Shown in pieces: positions 48,447-57,125 of a DNA stretch of 64,000 bases. Source of the DNA: an uncultured Candidatus Saccharibacteria bacterium (GTDB lineage: Bacteria > Patescibacteriota > Doudnabacteria > UBA920 > O2-02-FULL-48-8); contig CAZSDS010000001.1 of NCBI GenBank assembly GCA_964605735.1, positions 6,771 through 70,770 on the forward strand, written 5' to 3'. A program made the translations under genes and the position numbers. The first letter of the stretch is position 1. Each line of letters begins with the position of its first letter. The notes under the pieces were generated by a model. It saw only the letters and a program-made list of their open reading frames with translations, ran no database searches and was not told the origin of the DNA.

Positions 48447-48860
48447 CCACACATCCAAAGAGGAGGAATTCGTTGTTGAGGCGACAGCTCCGTTTGATGC
48501 CTATGGTGGGAAGGGGTATTCTCCACATAACCTAAATGCTACCGGGGCAGGTGCATGATTGTGGAAATATCCTGAGCCAAGTGTGCTCGCGTAGAGTGGT
48601 CGTCTCCTTGTGCCGGGTACAGAAGACTTGCTTTTATAATGGTGCTGAGTGACACCCAAAATTGCAAGGAGTTTGGCCTATACTGGTTGAGCAGGGCCTA
48701 CCGATCGTCCGATCGCGGATCTCTGCAATAAAGCCGGACAGCCACCTTCTGTTAGGGATTGTTGGGAATCACATTTCCGAGCTGAATCCCACAACAGTTC
48801 TAATCCCCGGTACACGTCTTTTTTCCGCCCTTGCCGCCTTTAGGTCAGGGCTTTTTATTT
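48447..48860 (+). ncRNA. Putative large structured ncRNA of unknown family
   Basis: Promoter TTGACT-N17-(TG)TAATCT 48412-48440, GC-rich nested helices, terminator 48827-48860, no convincing ORF. Confidence 0.55.
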
Positions 48861-48928
48861 TCATGTTATTTGTGTTATAATAATTCCGAAGAATAGTCGG
48901 CTTCGAAACAAATTATTTAATAAAACAT

Positions 48929-49327
48929 ATGGAACCCAGCGAAACACGTGTTTTGATTGTGGAAGACGAAGAAATCCTGCTTACAGCCCTCTCTGAGGAG
49001 TTGAAACAGGAAGGTTTTCAGGTGCTTGGCGCCAAAGACGGGGCTGAAGGAGTGGAGAAGGCCAAGTCCGAAAAACCTGACCTGATCCTGCTTGATTTGG
49101 TAATGCCTCGCTTGGACGGAATTGGTGCACTGAAACTTCTGAAAGAAGGGGAAGAAACCAAGGATATCCCTGTGGTCATCCTCACCAATTTGTCAGACTA
49201 TGACAAAATTTCCGACGCTCTTTCGTTAGGCGCTATGGATTATCTGGTCAAAGCGAACTACCGGTTGGAAGAACTCGTCAATAAGATAAAGACTGTTTTG
49301 GAACGCCAGACGCCAACAGCCGCTTAA
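48929..49327 (+). CDS. Single-domain response regulator
   Basis: VLIVEDE, LILLDLVMP, ILTN, YLVK. Confidence 0.95.
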   Translation: MEPSETRVLIVEDEEILLTALSEELKQEGFQVLGAKDGAEGVEKAKSEKPDLILLDLVMPRLDGIGALKLLKEGEETKDIPVVILTNLSDYDKISDALSLGAMDYLVKANYRLEELVNKIKTVLERQTPTAA

Positions 49328-49347
49328 TAATTAAGCCAACAAGCCAT

Positions 49348-49617
49348 ATGGCAACAACAGAAGATTACAAAAATCTTATCAATGATATTTTGGCTAAACA
49401 GGCCGTCATCCTCGGCCAGGATATTGTCATCCTCAAGGCCAAGAACGTGGTTGGTTTGACTTTGGATGACCAGGGGAAAGTTCAGGACATTTCCGGCAAT
49501 CCGGAAGAGGTCCTGCAAAAATTAGTCGACGAGTATATTGCTTTGTCAGGACAGATTGTGAAAAATATTCTGAACCCCGTCGTGGCTAAATACCCGGAAA
49601 TAAAAGTCACTTTGTAA
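49348..49617 (+). CDS. Small hypothetical protein in two-component cluster
   Basis: 89 aa, KQ..ILG..I...KA..V.GL pattern. Confidence 0.7.
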   Translation: MATTEDYKNLINDILAKQAVILGQDIVILKAKNVVGLTLDDQGKVQDISGNPEEVLQKLVDEYIALSGQIVKNILNPVVAKYPEIKVTL

Positions 49618-49633
49618 AATTAAAAATAAAAAT

Positions 49634-49942
49634 ATGTTAGCGCTAAGTTCTGAGATTAACAACATAATCCAGGCGTTGATTCTGGTCATTATAATTGGCA
49701 TGTTTTACAGCCTTTGGATGACCACCAAAGCTTATGGCGGGTTGATTGGCCGCGCCATCAGGTATATGGGCATGGGGATCATCCTGATATCCATAGTGGT
49801 TATGGAAAAAATGCTGATCAATTTCAGCGTAATCACCAATTCCACCAATCTTATGCTGGCTGTTGATGTCCTGACTTTGTTGTCGTTGTTCTTCTTGTCT
49901 TTGGGGTTCAAGAAGCTGGCCGCAATTGCAAAAGCGCCATAG
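49634..49942 (+). CDS. Small 3-TM membrane protein
   Basis: Three hydrophobic helices, YGG.IG motif. Confidence 0.7.
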   Translation: MLALSSEINNIIQALILVIIIGMFYSLWMTTKAYGGLIGRAIRYMGMGIILISIVVMEKMLINFSVITNSTNLMLAVDVLTLLSLFFLSLGFKKLAAIAKAP

Positions 49943-49993
49943 AAGCGCGGTTTTCGCATTGCCGATTACAATTTGAGATAAAAACAAAAAGGG

Positions 49994-51769
49994 ATGAACT
50001 TTAACTCGACAATCTACTGGGTCTTGTGGAGTTTGGCAATCTACACCATGATTGTCGTTGTTTTTATTTGGTGGGAAAACAGGAAGATGCGCAAAAGCCT
50101 GCACCAAAAAGAGCAGGAAATGCAGCGCAGGATGTATGAAGTTTCCATTTTAAAGGAGCTGGGCGAGAGAATCGGCTATTCTTTGAATGTTCAGAAAATT
50201 GTGGACGTCATTACTGGTTCTTTGCGCAGACTGCTTCCGTATTCCACGGTATCTTACATGCTACTGGGGGATGAGGGCCGCATTATTTTTCACTGCGTAC
50301 TGGAGGAGTCAGTTAACAAGAAATTCGTGGACAACGTCCGCCTCCGCATGCTTAAGTCTTTGGCCGCCCTTCTGAACAAGGAGATTAAGGGGGACCTGCT
50401 GGATGAAAGCATTTCCGGCACCATCACGGATGAAACCAATAAAAAAACAGTCCAGTCATTTTTTAATATTCCTGTTGTCATCAACAACGTCCCGGTTGGA
50501 ATTTTGAACGTGGCTTCCACGGAAGAGGGTTTGTACAAGGAAGATGAAATCACTATCCTTTACACGATCATGAATCAGGCTTCTTCCGCAGTGTCCAAAC
50601 TGGAAAACATTTTAAGCCAGGAAAAAGGCAAGCTTAATGCCATGGTTGAATCCATGGCTGATGGGGTGTTCATGGTGGACATCCGCAACCGGTTGCTGGT
50701 TATTAACCCTGCGGCCAAGGACATGTTGGGAATTGATAAAGACCAGCCGAACATGTTCGATATTCTGGATGCGCTTTCATCAAAAATTGACATCCGCACA
50801 AAAATTGAGGAAAGCTTAAAGACCGGTCATTTGATTACGGAAGAAAAATTTACTATTGGCGACAAAGTTTTGCGAATTTTGGTCAGTCCGGTGAAGGACC
50901 CTGAAAACAAGCCATTGGGCGCAGTGGTGCTGTTCCATGACGTGACCAAGGAAACCGCTATTGAGAAAATGCGTGAGGATTTTACCAGCATGATGGTCCA
51001 CGAATTGCGCAGCCCTTTGACCGGCATCCGCTCCATAGCCAATCTTCTGCGTGAAGACAAGATCAAGAACGAACAGCGCAAGTACCAGGAGTTTATAGAT
51101 TTGATCGTGACTAATTCGGCGAGCATGCTTGATTTGGTTAACGATTTGCTGGATGTGGCCAAGCTTGAGGCCGGTAAATTCCAGGTCATGAAAAAAGCTA
51201 CGGATGTCTTGAACCTGATTAAAATGCGAATGGAGTCGTTCGAGTCCCTGGCAGGGGAGAATCAGCTGAAGCTTGAGTCAAAAATTGACCCGAATTTGCC
51301 TAAGGTCGTGACTTTGGATGAGACCAAGGTGGGCCAGGTTTTGAATAACCTGCTTTCCAATGCGATCAAATTCACCAAACCAGGCGGCAAAATCACAGTT
51401 TCCGCTTTTCCTCTGAAGACTAAGGAAGACATGTTGAACAAGGTTGCCAGTTTGGGCATGATTTGGCCGGGCCTTAAAGAGGTTAAATTCAAAGATGATG
51501 TTTTGGTGATGGCGGTCAGCGATACCGGCGTGGGTATTCCTGAGGATGAGAGCGAAAAGCTGTTTAACAAATTTACCCAGCTTGAGAATTCTGCGGGCTC
51601 AGAGAAAAAAGGAACCGGCTTAGGGTTGGTCATCAGCAAAGGTGTGGTTGAGGCGCATGGCGGGGTCATCGGCCTTTGTTCTGAACTGGAAAAGGGGACA
51701 ACCTTTTACTTTACAATCCCATTAAATGCCCGGAGCGAACCTGTGAGGGCGGAAAAAGTCAAAGCATAA
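49994..51769 (+). CDS. Sensor histidine kinase (TM, GAF-like, PAS, HisKA, HATPase)
   Basis: HELRSPL, NLLSNAIKF, DTGVGI, GTGLGL. Confidence 0.95.
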   Translation: MNFNSTIYWVLWSLAIYTMIVVVFIWWENRKMRKSLHQKEQEMQRRMYEVSILKELGERIGYSLNVQKIVDVITGSLRRLLPYSTVSYMLLGDEGRIIFHCVLEESVNKKFVDNVRLRMLKSLAALLNKEIKGDLLDESISGTITDETNKKTVQSFFNIPVVINNVPVGILNVASTEEGLYKEDEITILYTIMNQASSAVSKLENILSQEKGKLNAMVESMADGVFMVDIRNRLLVINPAAKDMLGIDKDQPNMFDILDALSSKIDIRTKIEESLKTGHLITEEKFTIGDKVLRILVSPVKDPENKPLGAVVLFHDVTKETAIEKMREDFTSMMVHELRSPLTGIRSIANLLREDKIKNEQRKYQEFIDLIVTNSASMLDLVNDLLDVAKLEAGKFQVMKKATDVLNLIKMRMESFESLAGENQLKLESKIDPNLPKVVTLDETKVGQVLNNLLSNAIKFTKPGGKITVSAFPLKTKEDMLNKVASLGMIWPGLKEVKFKDDVLVMAVSDTGVGIPEDESEKLFNKFTQLENSAGSEKKGTGLGLVISKGVVEAHGGVIGLCSELEKGTTFYFTIPLNARSEPVRAEKVKA

Positions 51770-51772
51770 CCC

Positions 51773-52033
51773 ATGTCAGATTTTTTGAAACAAGACATAT
51801 TCTTCTTTGTTGCAACAGTCTCGGTTTTTATGGTGGCAATTCTGCTGGGTGTGTTTTTGGTCTACGTGATCAGAATAGCCAGGACAGTTGACCATATTTT
51901 AGTCCGCGTCAGAGAGGAAACTGATATAATAACGGATGAGCTGGGTGAGTTGCGCAGAAACATCCGCAAGGAAGGGGTGAAACTGAAGCATTTCGCCAAA
52001 TTCGTAAACAACGTCAAGAAAAAAAGTAAATAA
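51773..52033 (+). CDS. Small TM + coiled-coil protein (DUF948-like)
   Basis: DIFFFV..TM then amphipathic helix; pairs with YtxH-like gene. Confidence 0.65.
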   Translation: MSDFLKQDIFFFVATVSVFMVAILLGVFLVYVIRIARTVDHILVRVREETDIITDELGELRRNIRKEGVKLKHFAKFVNNVKKKSK

Positions 52034-52044
52034 GGAACAGAATA

Positions 52045-52392
52045 ATGGCAAAGAAAAACCATGGGGGCTTGAAGGTTGGGTTGGGTCTGGCGGCGATTGC
52101 CGCAGCCGCTGCTGGGGCGTATTTCTTTTATGGCCCCCAGGGGGCAAAGAACCGCAAAAACATGAAGGCTTGGGCGGTCAAGGCCAAGGGTGAGGTCATG
52201 GAAAAAGTTGAGAAGCTCTCTGATGTCAGCGAGAAGACATACAACCAGACTGTGGATACAGTCATGGCCAAGTACAAGAAATTGAAGCACGTGGCGCCAA
52301 AGGAATGGGCAGGGGTGCAAAAAGAGCTGAAGAGCTCCTGGAAATCCGTGAAGAGTGAAGTGGAGAAGGCTGCTAAAAAGTACAGGAAATAA
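52045..52392 (+). CDS. YtxH-like protein
   Basis: G.GLAAIAAAAAGAYFFYGP.G.KNRK. Confidence 0.75.
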   Translation: MAKKNHGGLKVGLGLAAIAAAAAGAYFFYGPQGAKNRKNMKAWAVKAKGEVMEKVEKLSDVSEKTYNQTVDTVMAKYKKLKHVAPKEWAGVQKELKSSWKSVKSEVEKAAKKYRK

Positions 52393-52404
52393 CAAATAAC
52401 CCCG

Positions 52405-52620
52405 CTATCCGGCGGGGTTTTCTAATTTATTGAGGCAGTGATTTACAATTTTCAACTCTTGGTCGTGAACATAAACTGTTCTGGCTAAATTATCAACCGA
52501 TTTCTGAAGTAAATTGAAATCATCTCTAAGTTCTTGCATATCGTTTTTTGATGCAGCTTCTTCTTGGACTACGGTCCGCAAGGCTCCCGAAATCTTTTGT
52601 ATGTCGACGTTTGTAAGCAT
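52405..52620 (-). CDS. Small coiled-coil hypothetical protein
   Basis: MLTNVDIQKI...ASKNDM...LE; 71 aa. Confidence 0.55.
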   Translation of the reverse strand: MLTNVDIQKISGALRTVVQEEAASKNDMQELRDDFNLLQKSVDNLARTVYVHDQELKIVNHCLNKLENPAG

Positions 52621-52738
52621 TATATAGAAATTAAGTAAATATATTTTAAACTTGGGCAAAATGGCTGTAAATAGCCGGTTGTGGATATACTGTAGTCCTT
52701 GATATTTTTCACGATTTCTGTTATAGTATTCCAGTCCC

Positions 52739-52814
52739 GCCCAGATAGCTCAGTTGGTAGAGCGCGTCCATGGTAAGGACGAGGTCTCCGGTTCAATCCC
52801 GGATCTGGGCTCCA
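52739..52814 (+). tRNA. tRNA-Thr(GGT)
   Basis: GCCCAGA...TCTGGGC-TCCA, CGTCC-ATGGTAA-GGACG. Confidence 0.95.
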
Positions 52815-52852
52815 GAAGAATTTAAGCCAGAAGAATTTAAGAAAGAACCACC

Positions 52853-53011
52853 ATGTCACAAGACAATATGATTTCGCTGGAATGCACGGTTTGCAAGCAC
52901 GTGAACTACAACTCACGAAAAAACAAAAAACTTATCCCTAACCGCCTGGTTATGGAAAAGTTTTGCAAATGGTGCAAGAAGCACACTGAACACAAAGAAA
53001 CCAAGAAATAA
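52853..53011 (+). CDS. rpmG: 50S ribosomal protein L33 (below ORF-track cutoff)
   Basis: [25 protein letters not shown]...[17 protein letters not shown]. Confidence 0.95.
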   Translation: MSQDNMISLECTVCKHVNYNSRKNKKLIPNRLVMEKFCKWCKKHTEHKETKK

Positions 53012-53080
53012 TCCACAGCGGACCCCTTCCATACTAAATTTGGATAATTTAATTTAAAAGGGTAAGTAACCCTTTTAATT

Positions 53081-53764
53081 ATGACCAAAACTTTGGATTT
53101 CAAATTGAAAGTTATTCGTAAAAGAGCTGAAGGGTATTCCATCAACGAGTTGGCGAAACAGTTCCATATATCAAAGAGTACAGTATCGCTGTGGGTCAGG
53201 GACACGCCTGTCACTGAGACAGGAATGCAAAGACTGACCTCCAGAATCCCAAAGGGACCTATAGTTTCAGGTTTACGAAGGAAGGCAAGGTCAAATGCTC
53301 TTAGGAGATTGTATTTTGAAAGCGCCAAAATTGAGACTGTGAAGAATAGACTAGATTCATTTTCGCAGAAACTAGTTTGTGCAATGATTTATTGGTGCGA
53401 AGGCGCGAAAAAAGATGACCAAGTTAGGTTTACAAATTCTGATCCCGACCTAACTCGGAAATTTATTGATTTGCTGGAGAAAGAATTCTGTGTGAAAAGA
53501 TATAGGATAAAATGTAGGCTTCACTTGCACTCCTACCATAGCAATGAAGAGCTTCACCGTTGGTGGTCTGGTAAGCTGAATATTGGGTTGACGCAGTTTC
53601 AAAAACCTTATTTGAAATTAAATGGCGGCCAGCGAATAAGGTTAGGTTATCCGGGTTGTGTGCATATAAGTTACTATGATACCATAGTGGCTAGGAGATT
53701 GTTATTTTTAGCGAAAGCTTATTTAGAAAAGGGATTTGTGTCTGATAATGGGGGCATAGTGTAA
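53081..53764 (+). CDS. HTH + LAGLIDADG-like endonuclease-fold protein overlapping tRNA-Trp
   Basis: R..GYSINEL...ISKSTVSLW HTH; AMIYWCEG, FTNSDP, WWS, GC..I motifs. Confidence 0.75.
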   Translation: MTKTLDFKLKVIRKRAEGYSINELAKQFHISKSTVSLWVRDTPVTETGMQRLTSRIPKGPIVSGLRRKARSNALRRLYFESAKIETVKNRLDSFSQKLVCAMIYWCEGAKKDDQVRFTNSDPDLTRKFIDLLEKEFCVKRYRIKCRLHLHSYHSNEELHRWWSGKLNIGLTQFQKPYLKLNGGQRIRLGYPGCVHISYYDTIVARRLLFLAKAYLEKGFVSDNGGIV

Positions 53765-53823
53765 CGGTAGCACAACGCTCTCCAAAAGCGTTTGTTGAGG
53801 TTCAAATCCTCATGCCCCTGCCA
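53750..53823 (+). tRNA. tRNA-Trp(CCA)
   Basis: GGGGGCA...TGCCCCT-GCCA, ACGCT-CTCCAAA-AGCGT. Confidence 0.93.
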
Positions 53824-53830
53824 ACAAAGG

Positions 53831-53883
53831 ACATTAGCTAAACCTGCCTGCCGGTAGGCAGGGCTAGTGTTTTTTGTTATTCT
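53831..53883 (+). repeat. Junction repeat copy 1 (with 20-bp palindrome inserted)
   Basis: ACATTAGC-TAAA-[CCTGCCTGCCGGTAGGCAGG]-GCTAGTGT-TTTTTGTTATTCT. Confidence 0.85.
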
Positions 53884-54076
53884 AATCTTATGCAAAAGAG
53901 AGACTTCGGAGTTATTTTCTGGATGCACTTGATTTTGATTTTCGCGATTTACAGTTCGCCATTTTGGCTTAGCTGGAAAATAATTTTATTTTTTGTTGGA
54001 CTATATTACTTGCAGCTTTTGATATTCAAGAACTGCGTTCTCACACCCAGCGGATGAAATATTTTACGAACACTTT

Positions 54077-54571
54077 ATGAAACACCTCAATGAAAACGAA
54101 TCTAAAGAAGCTCTAAAATGGATTGATTTAGCTGCTGAAGTTGCTAATCAATCACCTTGCTTGCGAGCACATTGTGGCGCAGTTATTGTTAAAGATGTGA
54201 AGGTGATTGGAAAGGGGTTTAATTCGCCACCACAAAATAATCCAGAATTTAGAACTTGTTTGAACGAATACGATATCCCTGCTGGATTCAGGCATGATCG
54301 TACTTGTTGTATCCATGCTGAGCAAAGAGCTATCACAGATGCCATCAGGCAAGGGCATGACACAAAGGGAGCAAAGATTTATTTCGTTCGAACAGATGAA
54401 TCGGGAAATAAATTAAATGCATCAAGATTAGTGTGCACGATTTGCAGCAGAGCAGTTTTAGATGCGGGTATAGTCGAATTCATATTGTATTGGGAAGATG
54501 GCATAAGAAGTTATAATACAAAAGAATTTAACGAAGGGTCATATGCCTATATGACTCCTTCAGTTTCATAG
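54077..54571 (+). CDS. dCMP/cytidine deaminase family protein
   Basis: S.C.R...GAVIVK, HAEQ, CTIC Zn motifs. Confidence 0.88.
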   Translation: MKHLNENESKEALKWIDLAAEVANQSPCLRAHCGAVIVKDVKVIGKGFNSPPQNNPEFRTCLNEYDIPAGFRHDRTCCIHAEQRAITDAIRQGHDTKGAKIYFVRTDESGNKLNASRLVCTICSRAVLDAGIVEFILYWEDGIRSYNTKEFNEGSYAYMTPSVS

Positions 54572-54670
54572 CTTGAGTATCGCACGAGATAGAGTTACCA
54601 CAGCTTCTGTAAAAACACCTTCAATTATTATCGTTTGTCGAAAACTAATAGTCTTTGTTATGCTATTTCC

Positions 54671-55378
54671 ATGAAGATAAAGTTGGGTTTTTCTACGGGG
54701 ACGTTATATAAACATCTTAAAACTAAAGATGCTTTGTTGGCTATTAGAAAAGCGGGGATTGTTGGGGTAGAGTTAGGATTTGTTAAAGCCCTGGATGAGG
54801 ATTGGTTATCTAACGTTGTTGCTTCAGAGCTTGAAGAATTTGAGTATGTTAGTATGCATGCTCCAAAGTTCGAATACGATGACAATACTGCAAGTTACTC
54901 GATTCTGCAAAAAATTGCGCAGTTCCATACAAGTATAAGAAAACTCGATACAGTTGTTTTCCACCCAGATCCTATTAAGAATTTTTCCGTATTATCCAAA
55001 GCGGGTATCCCCGTAGCAATTGAGAACATGGATAATCGTAAACCTTCGTTTCAAAACCCTTTTGAGCTAATAAAGATTTTAGATAAATTCCCGGAATTTA
55101 AAGTTGTGCTTGATGTTAATCATATATTTTCAAATGATTCATCTATGAGGCTGGCCGAAGAATTTTACCGTCTGTTAGGCGATAAAATAGTCCAGATTCA
55201 TTTAAGCGGGTATGCCGGGTACCATGAACCATTATTCGAAACTGAACAGCAGCAGATTTTTAAATCTATTCAAAATTTAAAAACTCCAATCATTGTCGAA
55301 AGCGTACTGCCACCAGAAGACTTGGATAAGGAAAAAAACTATATTCTTAATCTGGCTAAAAATATTAGCGGAAGCTAG
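54671..55378 (+). CDS. Xylose isomerase-like/AP endonuclease 2 TIM barrel protein
   Basis: SMHAP, VFHPD, IENMD, LDVNH, IHLSG, H; ATG 54671. Confidence 0.8.
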   Translation: MKIKLGFSTGTLYKHLKTKDALLAIRKAGIVGVELGFVKALDEDWLSNVVASELEEFEYVSMHAPKFEYDDNTASYSILQKIAQFHTSIRKLDTVVFHPDPIKNFSVLSKAGIPVAIENMDNRKPSFQNPFELIKILDKFPEFKVVLDVNHIFSNDSSMRLAEEFYRLLGDKIVQIHLSGYAGYHEPLFETEQQQIFKSIQNLKTPIIVESVLPPEDLDKEKNYILNLAKNISGS

Positions 55379-55394
55379 TGTTTTTTGTTATGCT
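55362..55394 (+). repeat. Junction repeat copy 2
   Basis: ATATTAGC-GGAA-GCTAGTGT-TTTTTGTTATGCT. Confidence 0.9.
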
Positions 55395-55400
55395 TCTCGC

Positions 55401-56087
55401 ATGGAAACATCAATCATCATTAGAATAAAAAACGAAGCAGAGAACTTACGTAGATTACTGGAAATACTACAAAAGCAGGACTACCAGAACTTTGAGATAA
55501 TACTTGTGAATGATAATTCAAAAGATGGTAGCGAGCTTGTATTAAAGGATTTCTTCGATGCGACAAGATTCAAGGTCGTAAATTTGGAAAGAAAGTTCGA
55601 TTATGCCTACGCATCTAATTTTGGAGCCACTAATTCTTCAGGAAAGTACTTGGTGTATCTGAGCGCGCATTCCTTTCCAATATCCACCAGCTGGTTGTCA
55701 GCTGGAATAAAGCATTTCCAGAACGAGAAAGTTGCTGGAGTTTTTGCTTATCCCTTAGCAAATCCAGAAGCAAACCTCATCGAAAGAATTATTTTCACTG
55801 GCTACACAAAATTAGCCCACTCGAAACGGAAAGAATATAGAGAAGTAAGTATGGGGGTTCTTGGATCGACCAACGCGATTTACAGAAAAGATCTTTGGGA
55901 ATTGCACAATTTTTCAGAAAGACACGCTCACGGTGGAGAAGATTATGAATGGGCTTTACACTGGACAGCAAAAGATTATGTAATCATTCATGACCCTGCG
56001 TTTAGAGTCTATCATTCACATAACCTCAATCCGTTAGGTTTGATAAAGCAATATTTTCGTTGGAGAGAGATGACGAAGCCAAGATGA
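55401..56087 (+). CDS. GT2 family glycosyltransferase
   Basis: SIIIR.KNE, VNDNSKD, LSAH, GEDY.W; ATG 55401. Confidence 0.85.
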   Translation: METSIIIRIKNEAENLRRLLEILQKQDYQNFEIILVNDNSKDGSELVLKDFFDATRFKVVNLERKFDYAYASNFGATNSSGKYLVYLSAHSFPISTSWLSAGIKHFQNEKVAGVFAYPLANPEANLIERIIFTGYTKLAHSKRKEYREVSMGVLGSTNAIYRKDLWELHNFSERHAHGGEDYEWALHWTAKDYVIIHDPAFRVYHSHNLNPLGLIKQYFRWREMTKPR

Positions 56088-56113
56088 TCCAAGCTTCATA
56101 CCGCAGCCTTCAA

Positions 56114-56521
56114 CTATTCTTCGTAATTCCCTGAAGACTCTGGCTGGTAAAGAATCTCTTTTATAGTGTAAGTTTTGATTCCTCCGGGAACTTCCCAGTC
56201 GATATTCTGACCAACTCTCTCACCAAGAATAGCTGTCCCAACTGGAGCCAAAACCGAAATCTTCCCAGAGCTAATATCAGCCTCGTCTGGGTAAACCAAC
56301 TGGATCGTTATTTCTTTTCCATGATCATCTGCAAGCAGCACTTTAGATCTCATGCTGATTACATCGCCCGGAATATCTTTAGGTTCAACAACTTGCGCTT
56401 TATCAAGCTCTTCTTTTAACAACTCAATGTATTTATGGTTTCTCGAATCTTTGTACGAAGAATTGACGACCTCCCTCAAGCGCTCTAAATCAAGTTTCGT
56501 AATGTATATGGTTTTGCTCAT
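56114..56521 (-). CDS. rnk: Nucleoside diphosphate kinase regulator (Rnk/GreA-like)
   Basis: IYITKLD..RL, LVYP.EAD, ISVLAPVGTAILG, ILYQPE. Confidence 0.9.
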   Translation of the reverse strand: MSKTIYITKLDLERLREVVNSSYKDSRNHKYIELLKEELDKAQVVEPKDIPGDVISMRSKVLLADDHGKEITIQLVYPDEADISSGKISVLAPVGTAILGERVGQNIDWEVPGGIKTYTIKEILYQPESSGNYEE

Positions 56522-56622
56522 ATTTATTCTTAATCTCGCATAGTTATTCTAAGCATCTTACACCTTAAACCGAACCGAAGCAATAGGTAGCTAATACCTA
56601 TGTTTTTTGTTATTCTTTGACC

Positions 56623-57066
56623 ATGGATAAGCAAAATGTCAGAGTTGGAATAGGGGTATTTATCTTCAAAGATGGTAAGTTCCTTATGGGTCAAAGGAAA
56701 AATGCACACGGAGATGGAACTTGGTCAGTGCCTGGTGGTCATTTGGAATTCGGCGAATCATTTTCAGATACGGCAATCCGCGAAGCAAAAGAAGAAACCA
56801 ACTTGGATATTACAAATGTCAGGTTCGGGGCAGTCACTAATGACTATTTTGAAATTGAAGGAAAGCACTACGTTACAGTATGGATGTTGAGTGATTATAA
56901 ATCTGGAGATGTTAAGATTATTGAACCTGATAAGTTTGTTAAGATGGAGTGGCGTGATTTCAAAAATCTTCCAGAGCCGCTCTTCCAACCTTGGAAACAA
57001 TTGTTAAAATCGGAATTTATTGAAAAAATTAAATCTTCATTAAATCAAAACATTAGCGAAAGCTAG
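56623..57066 (+). CDS. NUDIX hydrolase (MutT/NUDT15-like)
   Basis: Nudix box GGHLEFGE......REAKEET; EPDK..W. Confidence 0.92.
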   Translation: MDKQNVRVGIGVFIFKDGKFLMGQRKNAHGDGTWSVPGGHLEFGESFSDTAIREAKEETNLDITNVRFGAVTNDYFEIEGKHYVTVWMLSDYKSGDVKIIEPDKFVKMEWRDFKNLPEPLFQPWKQLLKSEFIEKIKSSLNQNISES

Positions 57067-57082
57067 TGTTTTTTGATATGCT
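57050..57082 (+). repeat. Junction repeat copy 3
   Basis: ACATTAGC-GAAA-GCTAGTGT-TTTTTGATATGCT. Confidence 0.9.
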
Positions 57083-57125
57083 TTTCGTATATTCAAAATT
57101 TTATAAATTCGGGTAAGAATACCAC

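Noticed and set aside
48447-48860. tmRNA, RNase P RNA or SRP RNA
   Set aside because: No tRNA-like ends or T-loop; GAGGAA and ACAGAA segments cannot form P4; SRP helix-8 motif absent.
53750-53823. Alternative genetic code (TGA recoding as in some CPR lineages)
   Set aside because: TGA terminates core genes such as gatA, and genes translate intact under code 11.
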